A stretch of 61,325 nucleotides of DNA, counting the filler, from Pirum gemmata (lineage: Eukaryota): assembly GCA_002812295.1 (NCBI GenBank). It is 8 parts of 8 records of this genome, joined end to end, with 100 filler letters (N's around TTAATTAATTAA, not from the genome) between each part and the next. Parts side by side here need not be neighbours in the genome. Positions count along the whole stretch, not along the records: positions 15,256 to 22,897 come from PDIN01000129.1; positions 22,998 to 30,858 come from PDIN01000130.1; positions 30,959 to 38,460 come from PDIN01000131.1; 5 more parts are not named here. The stretch is one strand, 5' to 3'. The notes under the pieces were generated by a model. It was given only the letters and a program-made list of their open reading frames with translations. It was not told where the DNA came from and searched no databases. Shown one piece after another: positions 19,733 to 32,244 of the stretch (position 1 is its first letter; the number at the start of each line of letters is the position of its first letter). The position numbers were made by a program, and so were the translations under genes.

Positions 19733-20804
19733 ATGACAAGTACTATAACTACATTGCTGCTAACTGCTCTCTTTTCGGGGTTGACTCTACATACAACAAA
19801 GTCTTTATCTGTTTCTTCAAGTAAAACGAATGCCGAAACATTGCCTTTTTTTGAAAACGACGAAGACCTCGTTAATTTTCTAAACAATAAAGCCGAAACC
19901 CAAGCTTCTCTGTTGAAAACTATTAAAAAAGCTGATGCTGATAAAAATAGAAGAAGGACAATTACATCGAGGGGATTCGGAATTGACATTACTTTAAAAC
20001 CGATACAATGCAGTAATTTACCAGGAGACGGGTTATTTAGAGGAGAAGCAGACAGTTTTTGGAATTTTAATGTCAACAAAGGAGAAAAACAACATAACTC
20101 AAGAAGAATTGATGGCAAGAAAAACCCCGTCTGGAATACGGAAACCGATGTTTACAAGGCTAGAATCGTTAGTTTGGTCGGGAAAACGAAAAAAAGCATA
20201 ACCATTGACACTAAAGTGATTGATGACGATGGTACAGTGATATATGACTTTGAAGATGATGTTATGACAAGTGGTTCTCACACGTTTGATATTAATCTAG
20301 TTAAGGGGGAGACTGTGGCTACGCAAACCATAACTTTGGGTTATGGTTGTAAATATGAAGTTGGGATTAGCGTGGATGATATACAAAGTAACATACAATG
20401 TTCGTTAACTCAGCTAACTACGATAGCTTACGACTTAATGAAGAAAAGTACTGCTCCTGGAACCATGGTGGCTAATGAATGTGGCCAGTTTAAAGTGCAT
20501 GATAAAATTCGAGTCGACACTCAAGAGATTAATGCCGTTATCCATGAAGTTAGTAAAACTATTATTCTGAGTTGGAGGGGTAGTGAATCTTCTATAAGTG
20601 ACTGGATGAATAATTTCAATTTTTTGCCTTCACAATGTGACGCGTTTGATAGCATTCACACTGGTTTTTGCTCAGAGTATCTGGATACAAAAGATTTTGC
20701 TCAAACTGCTTTGACTGCTTACCCTGGGTATAAATCGGTGTTCGCTGGTCACTCTCAAGGGGTATTTTTTTTATTTATTTATTGTTTTTTTTTGTTTTTT
20801 TTTT

Positions 20805-20852
<48 letters not shown>

Positions 20853-21453
20853 GTTTTTTTTTACTTTATTTTTTTTTGGTTTCTTTTTTGTTTTTGTTTT
20901 GTTTTGCTTGTTCAATATCATAATAATCATAACATAATTTTAATACTGTTAAAACCATACAGACTAAAATTAGATGTTTTTTTTGTTTATTTTTAAATAC
21001 ATCGAAATTAAATTTTTTATTCTTTATTATTTTCCTTTCCTTGTTATATTTATTTATTTCTATATTAAATTTTATAAAAATCTAATTAATAAGGGTGCGA
21101 TTGCTACAATAGCTGCGGCTAATTTCCAAAAAGCTGGCCAAAAGGTTGGCGCTTTGATAACCTGGGGACAACCAGCCGCTTGCAACAACAAAGCTCTGAA
21201 CGATTTTCTCCATCAAACTATCAACGTCAGGGCTAGATATGTCACTTTGTATAAAAACATCTTTTCAATTGTACAGCAAGATTTTTTTGCTTTATTGCCT
21301 CCATTTTTTGGTTGGCAACATTGGGATCCTGATAATTATAAAGTGATTGATCTTAGGGACCAAGGTACATTTCGTATAGGCGATGGTCACATGCAATACG
21401 CGGATAATTTGAGACAATTGGTGGAGGATAGTTTAAATCACTTTTTCGATTAA
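19733..21453 (+). CDS. Secreted C2-domain + class 3 lipase (alpha/beta hydrolase), 2 exons: 19733-20761, 21094-21453 (~462 aa)
   Basis: Hydrophobic N-terminus ITTLLLTALFSGL; C2-like LKPIQCSNLPGDG..GEADSF...KNPVWN...KVIDDD...DDVM; lipase_3 motifs IILSWRGS, DWMNN, IHTGF, GHSQG|GAIA, TWGQP, QDFFALLPP, WQH. The GT..AG intron 20762-21093 joins the nucleophile motif in phase 0. Confidence 0.9.
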
Positions 21454-22221
21454 TTTTCGACCGTCTTTAGGCTGACCGCACTATATTATTTTTTGGTTTT
21501 TTTTTGTTTTTTTTTTATCTTTAGTCCCCCGTTTTTTAGCCGATTTGGCTAAACAGAACCACATTCTCTTAGTCTATAGTAAGAATACCATTTTCACTCT
21601 TTTTAAAAATGAATAAGGTATCTTTATTCAACTGTTTACAACGTTAAAACCATTAAACACTATTATTTTATTGTCTTTATTACATGTTTATTTAACCATT
21701 TAATATAGAACAGTTCATTGTACAATGAATGAACAGACTCTAAGGATTAGAGTTTTAAAAAGAAGAATATTAATGTTCCTAAGAAAAAGAAGTATGGAGC
21801 AGAGTTACTTATGATCATGATTATGATTACGATTATGATTACGATTATGATTACGATTATGATTATGATTATGATTATGATTATGAACATTATAGTAAAT
21901 GACTTAATCTAATTATTTATACTTATAGGTCTACCTGGTAGTGCGTGCTTTTCAGTTGTTTTGCCATCATAAAATATACAATAAATATTACCAAATTAAT
22001 ATATTATAAATCCATTTAATTTAATTCGGTATATTTTATTATCTATTTATTCATTTAAAAATGTCATCTTAAATATTATAACCAACCAAATAAATATAAT
22101 TCCTAATTTTAAAATAATGTTTGGGTTTATTTTCTTTTAATTATTAAAAATTGATATGACTGTTACTATTCCTGTTATTACTCGTAACTACTCGTATAAA
22201 ATTTATAATTACCATTGTCGC

Positions 22222-22320
22222 ACCCTAACCCTAACCCTAACCCTAACACTAACCCTAACCCTAACCCTAACCCTAACCCTAACCCTAACCCTAACCCTAA
22301 CCCCAACCCTAGCCCTAACC
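22222..22320. repeat. Interstitial (CCCTAA)n tract with variants
   Basis: Direct reading. Confidence 0.95.
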
Positions 22321-22573
22321 CAGCTGCAACAGAATCATAATCAAGAAATAGGAATTCGAAGATTGAACTTTTATTGATATCAAAATCAATGATGAATTTT
22401 TATTTTTATTTTTATTTTTATTTGCATATTTGTAGACTAGTTAGTATTTAGACCTGGGTCTATAATATTTAGTTCTTTGGTTCTTTAGTTATTTATTTAT
22501 TATTATTATGAATATAAAACAGAAAATAAAAAATAAAAAATGACAATATAATATATAATAAAGCACATGAAAA

Positions 22574-22703
22574 GAGAGCATTCATTAATGACGTCACCAC
22601 AGACCCTTCCACAACCTTCAGAAGTTCAGATTGCGATCTAAGCCTTTTTAAAATGGGAAATCTTGAAAAATATATTTCAAAACGTGACGTCATTCGTTTA
22701 TCG
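22574..22703 (+). mobile_element. MITE family E (Harbinger-like TIR (G)AGAACATTCATTAATGACGTCA), diverged; relatives at ~28260-28390, 40608-40762, 58540-58698
   Basis: TGACGTCA-containing inverted ends and a shared TCAGAT...TCTAAGC...GGAAATCT core. Confidence 0.55.
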
Positions 22704-22714
22704 TGACCTGGTCT

Positions 22715-22897
22715 ACCCTAACCCTAACCCTAACCCTAACCCTAACCCTAACCCTAACCCTAACTAACCCTAGCCCTAACCCTAGCCCTAACCCTGGTAG
22801 GTTTCATAGTTTAAACTAGCTAGTTATACTCTAGTTATGATAGCCCTGGGGTCTATAGCTACCCTAACCCTAACCCTAACCCTAACCCTAACCCTAA
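22715..22897. repeat. (CCCTAA)n tracts with CCCTAG variants, running into the contig end
   Basis: 22715-22795 and 22861-22897. Confidence 0.93.
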
Positions 22898-22997
22898 NNN
22901 NNNNNNNNNNNNNNNNNNNNNNNNNNNNNNNNNNNNNNNNNTTAATTAATTAANNNNNNNNNNNNNNNNNNNNNNNNNNNNNNNNNNNNNNNNNNNN

Positions 22998-23177
22998 CAA
23001 ACAAAACAAACAAAACAAACAAAACAAACAAAACAAACGTAACAAACAAAACAAACAAAACAAAACAAAACAAAACAAAACAAAACAAAACAAACAAAAA
23101 CAAAACTAACAAAACTAACAAAACAAATTTAAACAAAACAAACAAAACAAACAAAACAAACAAAAAGAAAAAACAAA
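22998..23177. repeat. (CAAAA/CAAA)n simple repeat
   Basis: Direct reading. Confidence 0.9.
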
Positions 23178-23533
23178 TATTAATATTGTTTTTTGTTGTT
23201 GTTGTTGTTTACAAAAGATAATCTGTATCCCAATCCTTTTTTCATCACGTGTGCACTACTACCGTATTTGCAAGGAGTTCAACTCCTTTGACCTTTGACC
23301 TTGGTATTTGACACTGAAAAATCACAAATGGGTGCCAAGTTCCTGACAGAAGGTCTCTGACAGAGTCAAATTATGGATATAATTTTGGCTCCGAATAACA
23401 AATAGGTAGCATATTATGTCAATTGGGTAAGTTGTAAGTGACTTCTCCGGAAAATATGAGATGGTTCCCTAATAGACTGGTCTAATGACAGCTCTAATTT
23501 TAAAAAATAAAAATACCCGAAATTGTCAATTGT

Positions 23534-23786
23534 AGTAGGGGACCTAGCTAGGGGTGAGATTATGAGATATCTACTGGAACTTTTTTCGAACAAATGCTTA
23601 TCGAGCCAACCTTAGTTCCGTGTATCATACTAATAATAGCAGTTAAATAGCTTAAAATAGCAAATCTAATTATAGTAAATACCAATTAAAGTAGTAATAT
23701 TAACATTAATAGTAATAAAACCATAAAATCGGAAAAGTTCCGGCAACTGTTCGGTAATAATAAAATGACGTCATCTCACCCCTACT
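23534..23786 (+). mobile_element. MITE family C (~230 bp, TIR AGTAGGGGTGAGAT, apparent 8-bp TSD)
   Basis: TCAATTGT at 23526-23533 and 23787-23794; core GCTTATCGAGCCAACCTTAGTTCCGTG shared by 4 copies. Confidence 0.8.
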
Positions 23787-24160
23787 TCAATTGTCTAGTG
23801 TCAATTGTCATTCCACAAAAAAAATCGGTCAAATGTTAACCTAAATAAGGTAACTTTCTTCACAAGTTCCATATTTGTTTCCAGTATCACTTAATTAAGC
23901 ATTGTTTTTTTGAAAATTCGAGGGGCTGATGAAGTGCTGATGATTTTTTTTTTGTGATTTTTGAAGGGATTAAAATTAATGTTTCATATTTGATTATTAT
24001 GTAAACATATTTAGTAATTATTGTCGTCACACTTTCCTAAAAAGGTGGGGGTGGCGTATTTTGACGGAATGTCTCCTATGATAATAATAATTATTTATAT
24101 TTATTTATACTATCATAGACTATAATTATACTATTGTCTAGTATAGTCTAGTGCTTTTCA

Positions 24161-24341
24161 GTGCTTTTCAGTTGTTTTGTCATCATAAAATACAATAAAT
24201 AGTACCAAATTAATACAATTTACATCCATTTAGTTTAATTTGGTATATTTTATTATCTATGTATTGATTTAAAAATGTCAATTTAAATATTATAACCCTC
24301 CAAATAAATATTCAGAGTGACAAAATAAATGAAAGGCACGA
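24161..24341 (+). mobile_element. MITE family A, full-length
   Basis: GTGCTTTTCAGTTG...AATGAAAGGCACGA. Confidence 0.85.
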
Positions 24342-24371
24342 TATAATTATCTGATTCAAATCTTGAAAAAA

Positions 24372-24401
24372 GTTAGGGTTAGGGTTAGGGTTAGGGTTAG
24401 G
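24372..24401. repeat. Short interstitial (TTAGGG)n tract
   Basis: Direct reading. Confidence 0.9.
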
Positions 24402-25237
24402 TAGGACTCAGGAGTTTATGATTTATAAATAGACCAAGGAGGTTCCTTTTCTTGAACTCCTTTGAACTTGAAGGCTTGAAGGCTTTTAAATTCAAGAAAT
24501 AGTCAAGCAGGACAAAATTTGTTTTCCTTTAGCCTTTAGAAGGTTCTTTTTTTTAAAAAAAAAAGTGTAAAAAAAGGAGTGCAAAGTTCACTGCAAACAA
24601 AAAAACAAAAGTTTTTTTTTTTTTGAATTTGAACTCCTTGAAAAAAAGCACTTTTTGGAAATTATTAGGGTTTTTTCTGTTTTTAAAAAAAAAATAGTAT
24701 TTTTTATATATTTTGTATGATATTACGTTCTGAATGGCTTTCTAAATCAGTTGTTCTAAATAAATTTAATTAATCCCAGTCTAATAAAGATAAAATTTAC
24801 ACGATGTATATTATATTAAAAGAGAACATGTACATAATTAATATATAATAAGAAATCAAATAAAAAATTTGTAATAAAGAGACCTCACAGTGAATTTAAA
24901 TTTCACTTCATTTTAAAAAATAAAAATAATAGCAAATTAATCATAATCATAATTATACTATAATTATTATATATTGATTTCTATATTTAATACCTATATT
25001 AATAATATAATAATTATTAATTATATATAATCAGGATCATAATATTGGTTAAGTTAGTTAGAGAGCTAGCTAGCTTGGGTTAACCTACCGTGGAGTATCA
25101 TAGGAGTATCATAGTGGTATTGTAGGAGCGTCTGGTGCGAGTTACACAATCCCCACTCTGCCCGCACTTTGCCTGGTAGACGATCTACTACTAAGTCTAC
25201 ACGGCAGTGTAGACTGTAGAGGTAGACCGGGTCTACC

Positions 25238-25419
25238 GTGCTTTTCAGTTATTTTGTCGTCATAAAATATGCAATAAGTAGTTACAATTAGTTACAATAT
25301 AAATCCATTTCATTTAATTTGGTATATTTTATTATATATTTATTTATTTAAAAGTATCAATTTAAATATTTTAAAGAACCAAATAAATATTTGGAGTGAC
25401 AAAATAAATGAAAAGCACA
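25238..25419 (+). mobile_element. MITE family A, full-length
   Basis: GTGCTTTTCAGTTA...AATGAAAAGCAC. Confidence 0.85.
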
Positions 25420-25665
25420 ATAGTCAATAAGTTTTGATATTGTTTTACCCCAAGTATTACCCGTCGTCGTAACAATTAAAAATAGTATAATAACGCAGAA
25501 AATCCGGAACCAAGACCGACATCCAGAAATTACAAAATTTATTTTTGTATTTATTTTTTTTCATTTATATTATTTAATTAATGTTGTATTTTATAAACAA
25601 GTTCAATTATAAACTTAAACAGTGCCAAATTAAAGATTGAGAGGACAACTGGTACAATGAAATAG

Positions 25666-25807
25666 ACGTGTTCAAATACTATATAACGCCAATTTCCGGT
25701 CAAATGCAGCTTCAAATACCCCCTACCTACCTACCCCTCGGTTAACTTCCGGTCAAATACCACCTACCTACCTACCCCTTGGCGTGACGTATTATTTGAA
25801 TGCTCCC
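25666..25807 (+). mobile_element. MITE family B (~145 bp, Harbinger/Tourist-like)
   Basis: Internal duplicated AATTTCCGGTCAAATAC..CCTACCTACCTACCCC; 3' TIR CGTGACGTATTATTTGAATGCTCCC. Confidence 0.8.
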
Positions 25808-26952
25808 TAGCTAGCTAGCTCTAGACTGAAGCTAGCTAGCGCTAGCTAGTAGCTATCATACCCGGTACTAGAATTCGGGTAGGGGGGGCTGCTACGGAGT
25901 CTACCCTGGGTCTACCTGCCGCCACCATCAGAGTATAAAAGTAGACTATCGTGCTTTTCAGTTATTTTGTCGTCCTAAATATAGCCCCCTCCCCCCACCC
26001 CCCTCCCTTATATGGAACCAGGTTTTGGTGTTTCCAGGGCTTCGGACTTCCAGCCTCCAGGGAGTTCAACTTGAACTGTTCAAGTTCTTTTGGAACTTTT
26101 TCTATATATTATTACCAGCTGATTATTACTAGTTATATACTTCAATATTATATATAAGAATTAATAGCGAATTTCCGGTTATTTTCAAAGATTCCATGAA
26201 AAACCAAATTTGTTTTTTCATGGAGTCTTTGGTTATATTCGATATAATATAGAGCTTGTGATTATATTAATATATTATTTTAAACGGGAAGAGGACGCAG
26301 CGAAGCTGCGCACTAATTAGTATTAGTATTAGTATTAGTATTAATATTAATATTAATATTAATATTAGTATCATTATTAGTATAATATTAGTATTAGTAT
26401 TAGCATTAGCATGAGTATTAGTATTAATATTAATAGTACTAGTACTAGTGTTAGTAATATTATAATTAGTATTACTATTACTGTTACTATTATTATTAAT
26501 ATTACTATTAATATTAATATTACTATTAAAATATTAATATTACTATTAATATTAATATTACTATTAAATATTAATACTGCTATCTCTATTTCTATTACTA
26601 TTTTAATATTACTATTAGCATTAGTATCATCATTACTACAACCAAAGCTTCAATTGTAACACCAAAAGCTTCATGTCGCTGCTTCATTCGTTTCCATACT
26701 GGTCGTAATTCCTCTTAACCTTCACCACTACTAGCAAACATGTAGTCAATTATCTCATCGTAGATATATATGTACGTATTAATATCATAATAATATTATC
26801 ATATTATGTATATCTTCATATAATCTGCACAGACTGCACCCGGTAGTCTATAATATAATAATATTATAATCTTGAAAAAAAAAAATTAAAAATTATGATC
26901 ATCATTGTGCAACACGTTGCACACTCTACGATAAGATCTAGCTAGATAGACC

Positions 26953-27170
26953 AGTAGGGGTGAGATATCTACTGAAACTTTTTTCGAACAGTTGCTTATC
27001 GAGCCAACCTTAGTTCCGTGTCCTTACTAATAATAGTAGTTAAATAGCTTAAAATAGTAAATCTAATATAGCAGATACCAATTAAAGTAGTAATATTAAC
27101 ATTAATAGTAATAGAAACCATAAAATCGGAACTGTTCGGTAATAATAAAATGACGTCATCTCACCCTGCT
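26953..27170 (+). mobile_element. MITE family C
   Basis: AGTAGGGGTGAGAT...ATCTCACCCTGCT, flanked by GATAGACC / GCTAGACC. Confidence 0.82.
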
Positions 27171-27261
27171 GCTAGACCCCTTCTCGGTCTTTTTTTTTTT
27201 TTCTGTGCCTCATGCTATGCCATGATAAAGTTGACATAACCTGCCAAATACTACATNACTA

Positions 27262-27395
27262 CATACTACGCTACGCTAATTTCCAGTCAAATACAGCTTC
27301 AAATACCCCTACCTACCTACCCCTTGACGTTAATTTCCAGTCAAATACCCCCTACCTATCTACCCCTTGACGTGACGTATTATTTGAATGCTCCC
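27262..27395 (+). mobile_element. MITE family B, 5'-degenerate
   Basis: Homology to other family B copies. Confidence 0.75.
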
Positions 27396-27432
27396 AAGTA
27401 CTAACTAGTTTCTTGCCTACTCTACCTCGTAT

Positions 27433-27525
27433 AGGTCTAGTACTAACTAGACCCTAACCCTAACCCTAACCCTAACCCTAACCCTAACCCTAACCCTAAC
27501 CCTAAGGTCTAGTACTAACTAGACC
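27433..27525. repeat. (CCCTAA)9 tract flanked by a 21-bp direct repeat
   Basis: AGGTCTAGTACTAACTAGACC at 27433-27453 and 27505-27525. Confidence 0.92.
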
Positions 27526-27714
27526 TACTAAGCCATATAATAATATAATAATAATATCATAAAGAGAAATAAATCTATGGCATACAAAATCTACACTGTA
27601 AATCTACTCAGATAAATCTCTCAGGATAAATTTTTTCTAGGAATATTTTTTATTTTAGACTAAATAGAGTCTAAATAGCTGGATAAAACAGTGATAAAAG
27701 TTCATAAAACTCAT

Positions 27715-27911
27715 ATAGAAATCATTTTTTAGGTTTCTTTTCTAAAAACTATCATAGCCAAATTATTTTTTTAAAAACTATCTATATAAAATAGTATTTT
27801 AAAAATTGATTCATAAGAGAGCTTTCTTATTTCTCAAAATTTGTGGCAGTACTTTCACGGAGCATTTTGAGATTTTTTGAATTTTTGAGCTCATTTTATC
27901 CGGCTTGGCTG
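27715..27911 (-). mobile_element. MITE family F copy
   Basis: Ends TTTTGAGCTCATTTTATCCGGCTTGGCTG. Confidence 0.65.
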
Positions 27912-28111
27912 TTCCCGATCGAAGACGCAATGAAATTTTGGGATTCAATCAAATATTACGATCCTGATTATAAAATAAAGGTTTAGCTGACATTCAAGTC
28001 AAAAAGATACAAGAATTAAATTGTTATTTATCCAGTAAAGGTACTATCGATCCCATAACATTAAAACGTGTGTTCCAAAACATGACGCATTAAACTCGCA
28101 TTGAACACTCG

Positions 28112-28112
<1 letters not shown>

Positions 28113-28163
<51 letters not shown>

Positions 28164-28168
28164 TAGTG

Positions 28169-28204
<36 letters not shown>

Positions 28205-28214
28205 ATAGTAGTAA

Positions 28215-28259
<45 letters not shown>
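28113..28259. repeat. (TAG)n microsatellite
   Basis: Direct reading. Confidence 0.95.
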
Positions 28260-28892
28260 AACCCAAATCTGACCCTCGAGCCCACATATGACCTGTCAGA
28301 TGAGAATTTCAAGCTTTCAAATTACTATCTACAGAATCTAAATGGCAATCTGGAAAAAAGGTATGTTGACGTCACATTACTCTGCACCCCCCTACTAGTC
28401 TACCAGTAATTAATTACAGAACTAATTATAGTCGCCTTTAGAGTCATTTTTCTACCCCCCTCCCCAAAAAGTGACGTCATTAATTAGGATACTTGATCAA
28501 AATTTCGATTTTCGATCCCCCATTGTCGTAACTATTGTTGTACTTGTGTGACCAAAGGTTTTTACTACGGTAGACTAGCTAGCACCTGATCCTCCACCCT
28601 CCACCCTTTTAGACCCTCCACCCTTTTATACCCTCTACCCTTTTTAAACGTCCATATCCCCATTACTATTGCTACTATATATATAATATATATGATGATT
28701 ACTATAAGTACAAGGATTAAGTCATGTACTGTAAATATAGTTTTCTTATCGATAATAATCATCTTCATAGTAACAATAGCAATAGAGCTCACGATATGAT
28801 ATGAGTGTTTCTAAAGAAAGTCAAGGTATCGAGGTCCCCGCCCGTGGGTTCATTTATGATTATAATAAATGATGAATATAAAACCTTTTATA

Positions 28893-29049
28893 GTGCTTTT
28901 CAGTTGTTTTGTCATCATAAAATACACAATATAAATCCATTTAATTTAATTTGGTCTATATTATTATCTATTTATTCATTTAAAAATGTCAATTTAAATG
29001 TTATAACCCACCAAATAAACATTCAGAGTGACAAAATAAAAGAAAAGCA
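28893..29049 (+). mobile_element. MITE family A (internal deletion), followed by an inverted partial copy at ~29097-29190
   Basis: TIRs and core homology. Confidence 0.8.
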
Positions 29050-29234
29050 TTTACAATTAGCAAATTGGGTACAAAATTTGCATGCTATGATAGTAAATGC
29101 TTTTCTTTTATTTTGTCACTCTGGATGAATAAATAGATAACAATTTATACCAAATTAATTAAATTAAATGGATTTATATTGTATTTTTTAAAAATTTGTT
29201 TGCATCTTTACTCGAGCATCTTTACTAGAGCATC

Positions 29235-29275
<41 letters not shown>

Positions 29276-30825
29276 AGAAAAAGCAAGGAGTGCCAAGTTC
29301 CAACTTCCAAGGACTTCAAAAAAAGTTGACGTCCTTGGAAAAAGCCAGCCATTTTAGGTAGTCTACTACTAGTAGGCCATTTTAGCTCATTTTAGCTAGT
29401 CTAGGGCCTAGGCCATTTTAGGTGGCCATGCTGCCATAGCCGTGGAAAAGTATCGGATAGCTTCTTCAATTAGAAGTAATGCATAGATGCATCTATATAT
29501 ATATGTATTATATAATTATATCATATATATTAATATAACAGCAACAACAATAATAATAACAGTAGCAATATAAATAGCAATAGCAATAACGTAGTATAAT
29601 ACATGTAACAATAATTATAATTATAACAATAACAGATATATAAACAATAAATATAGCAATTAAAAACAATAACAATATATTAATAGCAATATAACAATAA
29701 CGATAACAATAACAATACAATAACAATAACAATAGTTATAACAATAACAATAACAGTGGTAGTAAAAAAAAATCAATCGTTACACGATATTTGAAATGGA
29801 ACAGGTGAAAGGCATCTCCCGTCTCTTCTTGGGATCTAGTTGGCTGCAGGGGAGAAAGTTCCAGGAGACTCCGAGACAGTTCTTTTTTAGGTTCTTTTTC
29901 TAGGTTCTTTTTCTTATCGCTATAGTCTACCGCCGGTAGCTACTACTATAGAGTCTACTAGCTAGACCGTAATACCAAATATAGGTATCTATAGGTAGTC
30001 TACCAGACTTCTACCAGGTAATAAAAACTCGAGCAAGCCCAAGGCCAGTTAGCTAGCTACTAGTTGGGTACGCATATTAATAGTATCGATAGTTCAAAAA
30101 TGGGTACAAGGCACTGCAACAAGGCAAGTCTTGCTTTATCATGGAAACCTAGCTTTAGTTAGAAACACTTTCGAACAAGTCTCGCTAACTAAACACTTTC
30201 GAAGTTAGTCTAAGTCTGGCTAAAAACTTCATATATAATTATTACGTAAAAAACCCTCACTCTTGGTTACCGTAGTTAGTTCAAACTTCAAAGGAGGGAA
30301 CGTAGGTGGCAACATCACTAGGTCGGATTACGTGAACCCTTCGATCTTCAGTGAACATATTAATAATCGCAGTAAAGACCAAAGGTGGAAATAGTGTAAA
30401 ATATGGGTGTGCTGGTATGATATAATTGATATTATTGAATTTATTGTGAATAAAGATATGATATAATTGATATTATTGAATTTATTGTGAATAAAGAGTA
30501 CTAAATTAATACAATATAAATCCATTTCATTTAATTAGGTATATTTTATTTATCTATTTATTCATTTAAGAATGTCAATTTAAATATTTTAACCAACCAA
30601 ATAAATATTCGGAGTGACAAAATAAATGAAAAGCACAATATAATACTATAATGTATGTATGTATTAATACATGAGTTATTAATAACGTTCTCATGGTATT
30701 TTTTAAAATATGACAAGAACGGTTGAAGAACCAGTGAAGAACCCCAGGGTTCTTGAATATGAATAAATAAATAAATAATCAAAAGTCCTTGTTATGATTT
30801 ATAAATTCATTTTATTATTATTATT

Positions 30826-30858
<33 letters not shown>

Positions 30859-30958
30859 NNNNNNNNNNNNNNNNNNNNNNNNNNNNNNNNNNNNNNNNNN
30901 NNTTAATTAATTAANNNNNNNNNNNNNNNNNNNNNNNNNNNNNNNNNNNNNNNNNNNN

Positions 30959-31450
30959 GTTATTGTTATTGTTATTGTTATTGTTATTGTTGTTATTGTC
31001 ATTGTTATTGTTATTGTTATTGTTATTGTTATTGTTATATTATTATTATGATTATTATTGTTGTTGATTGTTGTTGATTATTGTTGATATTAATTATTAT
31101 TTAATTAATTGTTAATTGTTACTTGTTAATTGTTGGTTGAATTATTAATGGTTAATTGTTGCTGATTGTTGAGCCTTGATTCTTGACTCTTGATTCTTGG
31201 ATATTGTTGTTGAATATTGTTGACTATTGTTGATTGTTGATTGATTGTTGATTGATTGTTGATTGATTGTTGATTGATTGTTGATTGATTGTTGATGATT
31301 GATGGTTGATTGTTAACTGTTGATTGTTGGTTGTTATTATTAGTGTTGTTACCGTTATTGTTATTATTATTGTTGCTGTTAATTATTATTCGTGCTGCTG
31401 CTGCTGCTGCTGCTGCTGTTGTTGGTTGCTGTTACTGTTATTAATCATTA
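30959..31450. repeat. Compound (TTG/TTA/TTGA/CTG)n low-complexity tract
   Basis: Direct reading. Confidence 0.85.
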
Positions 31451-31596
31451 TTATTATTGGTGGTGTTGTTAATTTAATATTATTATTACCATTTTTTGGG
31501 CTAGACCTGTCGTTTATTTGAATCAATAATAGCTACAACAGAATCGAACGAGAGCAATAAATTTAAGCAGTCTGATATTTTGGCAGAAGCGATGGG

Positions 31597-31632
<36 letters not shown>

Positions 31633-31979
31633 TATAATAATAATATGTCACTCTACTCAGTACAATGAGTCTACAGTGCTCAAGTTCCTGTTTTCTATTT
31701 ATTTTTTTATCTTTTTTTTTTATATTATGGTATGTAGGTCCTATTATTCGTTTTGTGAGTCGTGAGTCTCGTGACTCTTCCTTTTTATAGACAGAAGTTG
31801 TGTAGAGTGAGTCGCTAACAACAGTCTAACAACTAACTGATGAATCGGAGTGATGATACAGTCTTACACCTTTTAATTTTTTAAAAAAACTCTTTTCTAG
31901 CAGTAGCTAGCTACTGAGATACTTTTTAGACCTCTAGCTAGACGGCTAAGCTAGCTAGACTGGGTCTATGTTTTTTTTT

Positions 31980-32208
31980 AGCCGGATAAAACTGTAAAAT
32001 TTAATCACTTTTTTTTTAGACTTCTTTTCTGAAAACCGCTATTAAACTAGCCAAAAAAAATTTTGAAAACTAGTCATCTGGTCATAATAGAGTTTTCTTA
32101 GTTAGACGATTTCTCAAAATTTGGTAGTACTTTATTAAAATTGGATCATTTTTAGATTTTTTGGATTTTTGAGCTCTTAATAATGGATGCCGCCATTTTT
32201 ATCCGGTG
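31980..32208 (-). mobile_element. MITE family F, near full-length
   Basis: AGCCGGATAAAACTGT ... GCCATTTTTATCCGG; flanked by T-run and A-run. Confidence 0.75.
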
Positions 32209-32244
32209 TTAAAAAAAAAAAAAAAGAGTTTTTTATGATATATA

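Noticed and set aside
20762..21093. Phe-rich transmembrane-like tails on the two lipase ORFs
   Set aside because: They are the T-rich intron; splicing restores GHSQG-GAIA
22861..22897. True chromosome end at telomeric repeats abutting gaps (also 55040-55145)
   Set aside because: Orientation is wrong for a terminus: CCCTAA has unique DNA on its 5' side and TTAGGG has unique DNA on its 3' side, so these are interstitial tracts that broke the assembly
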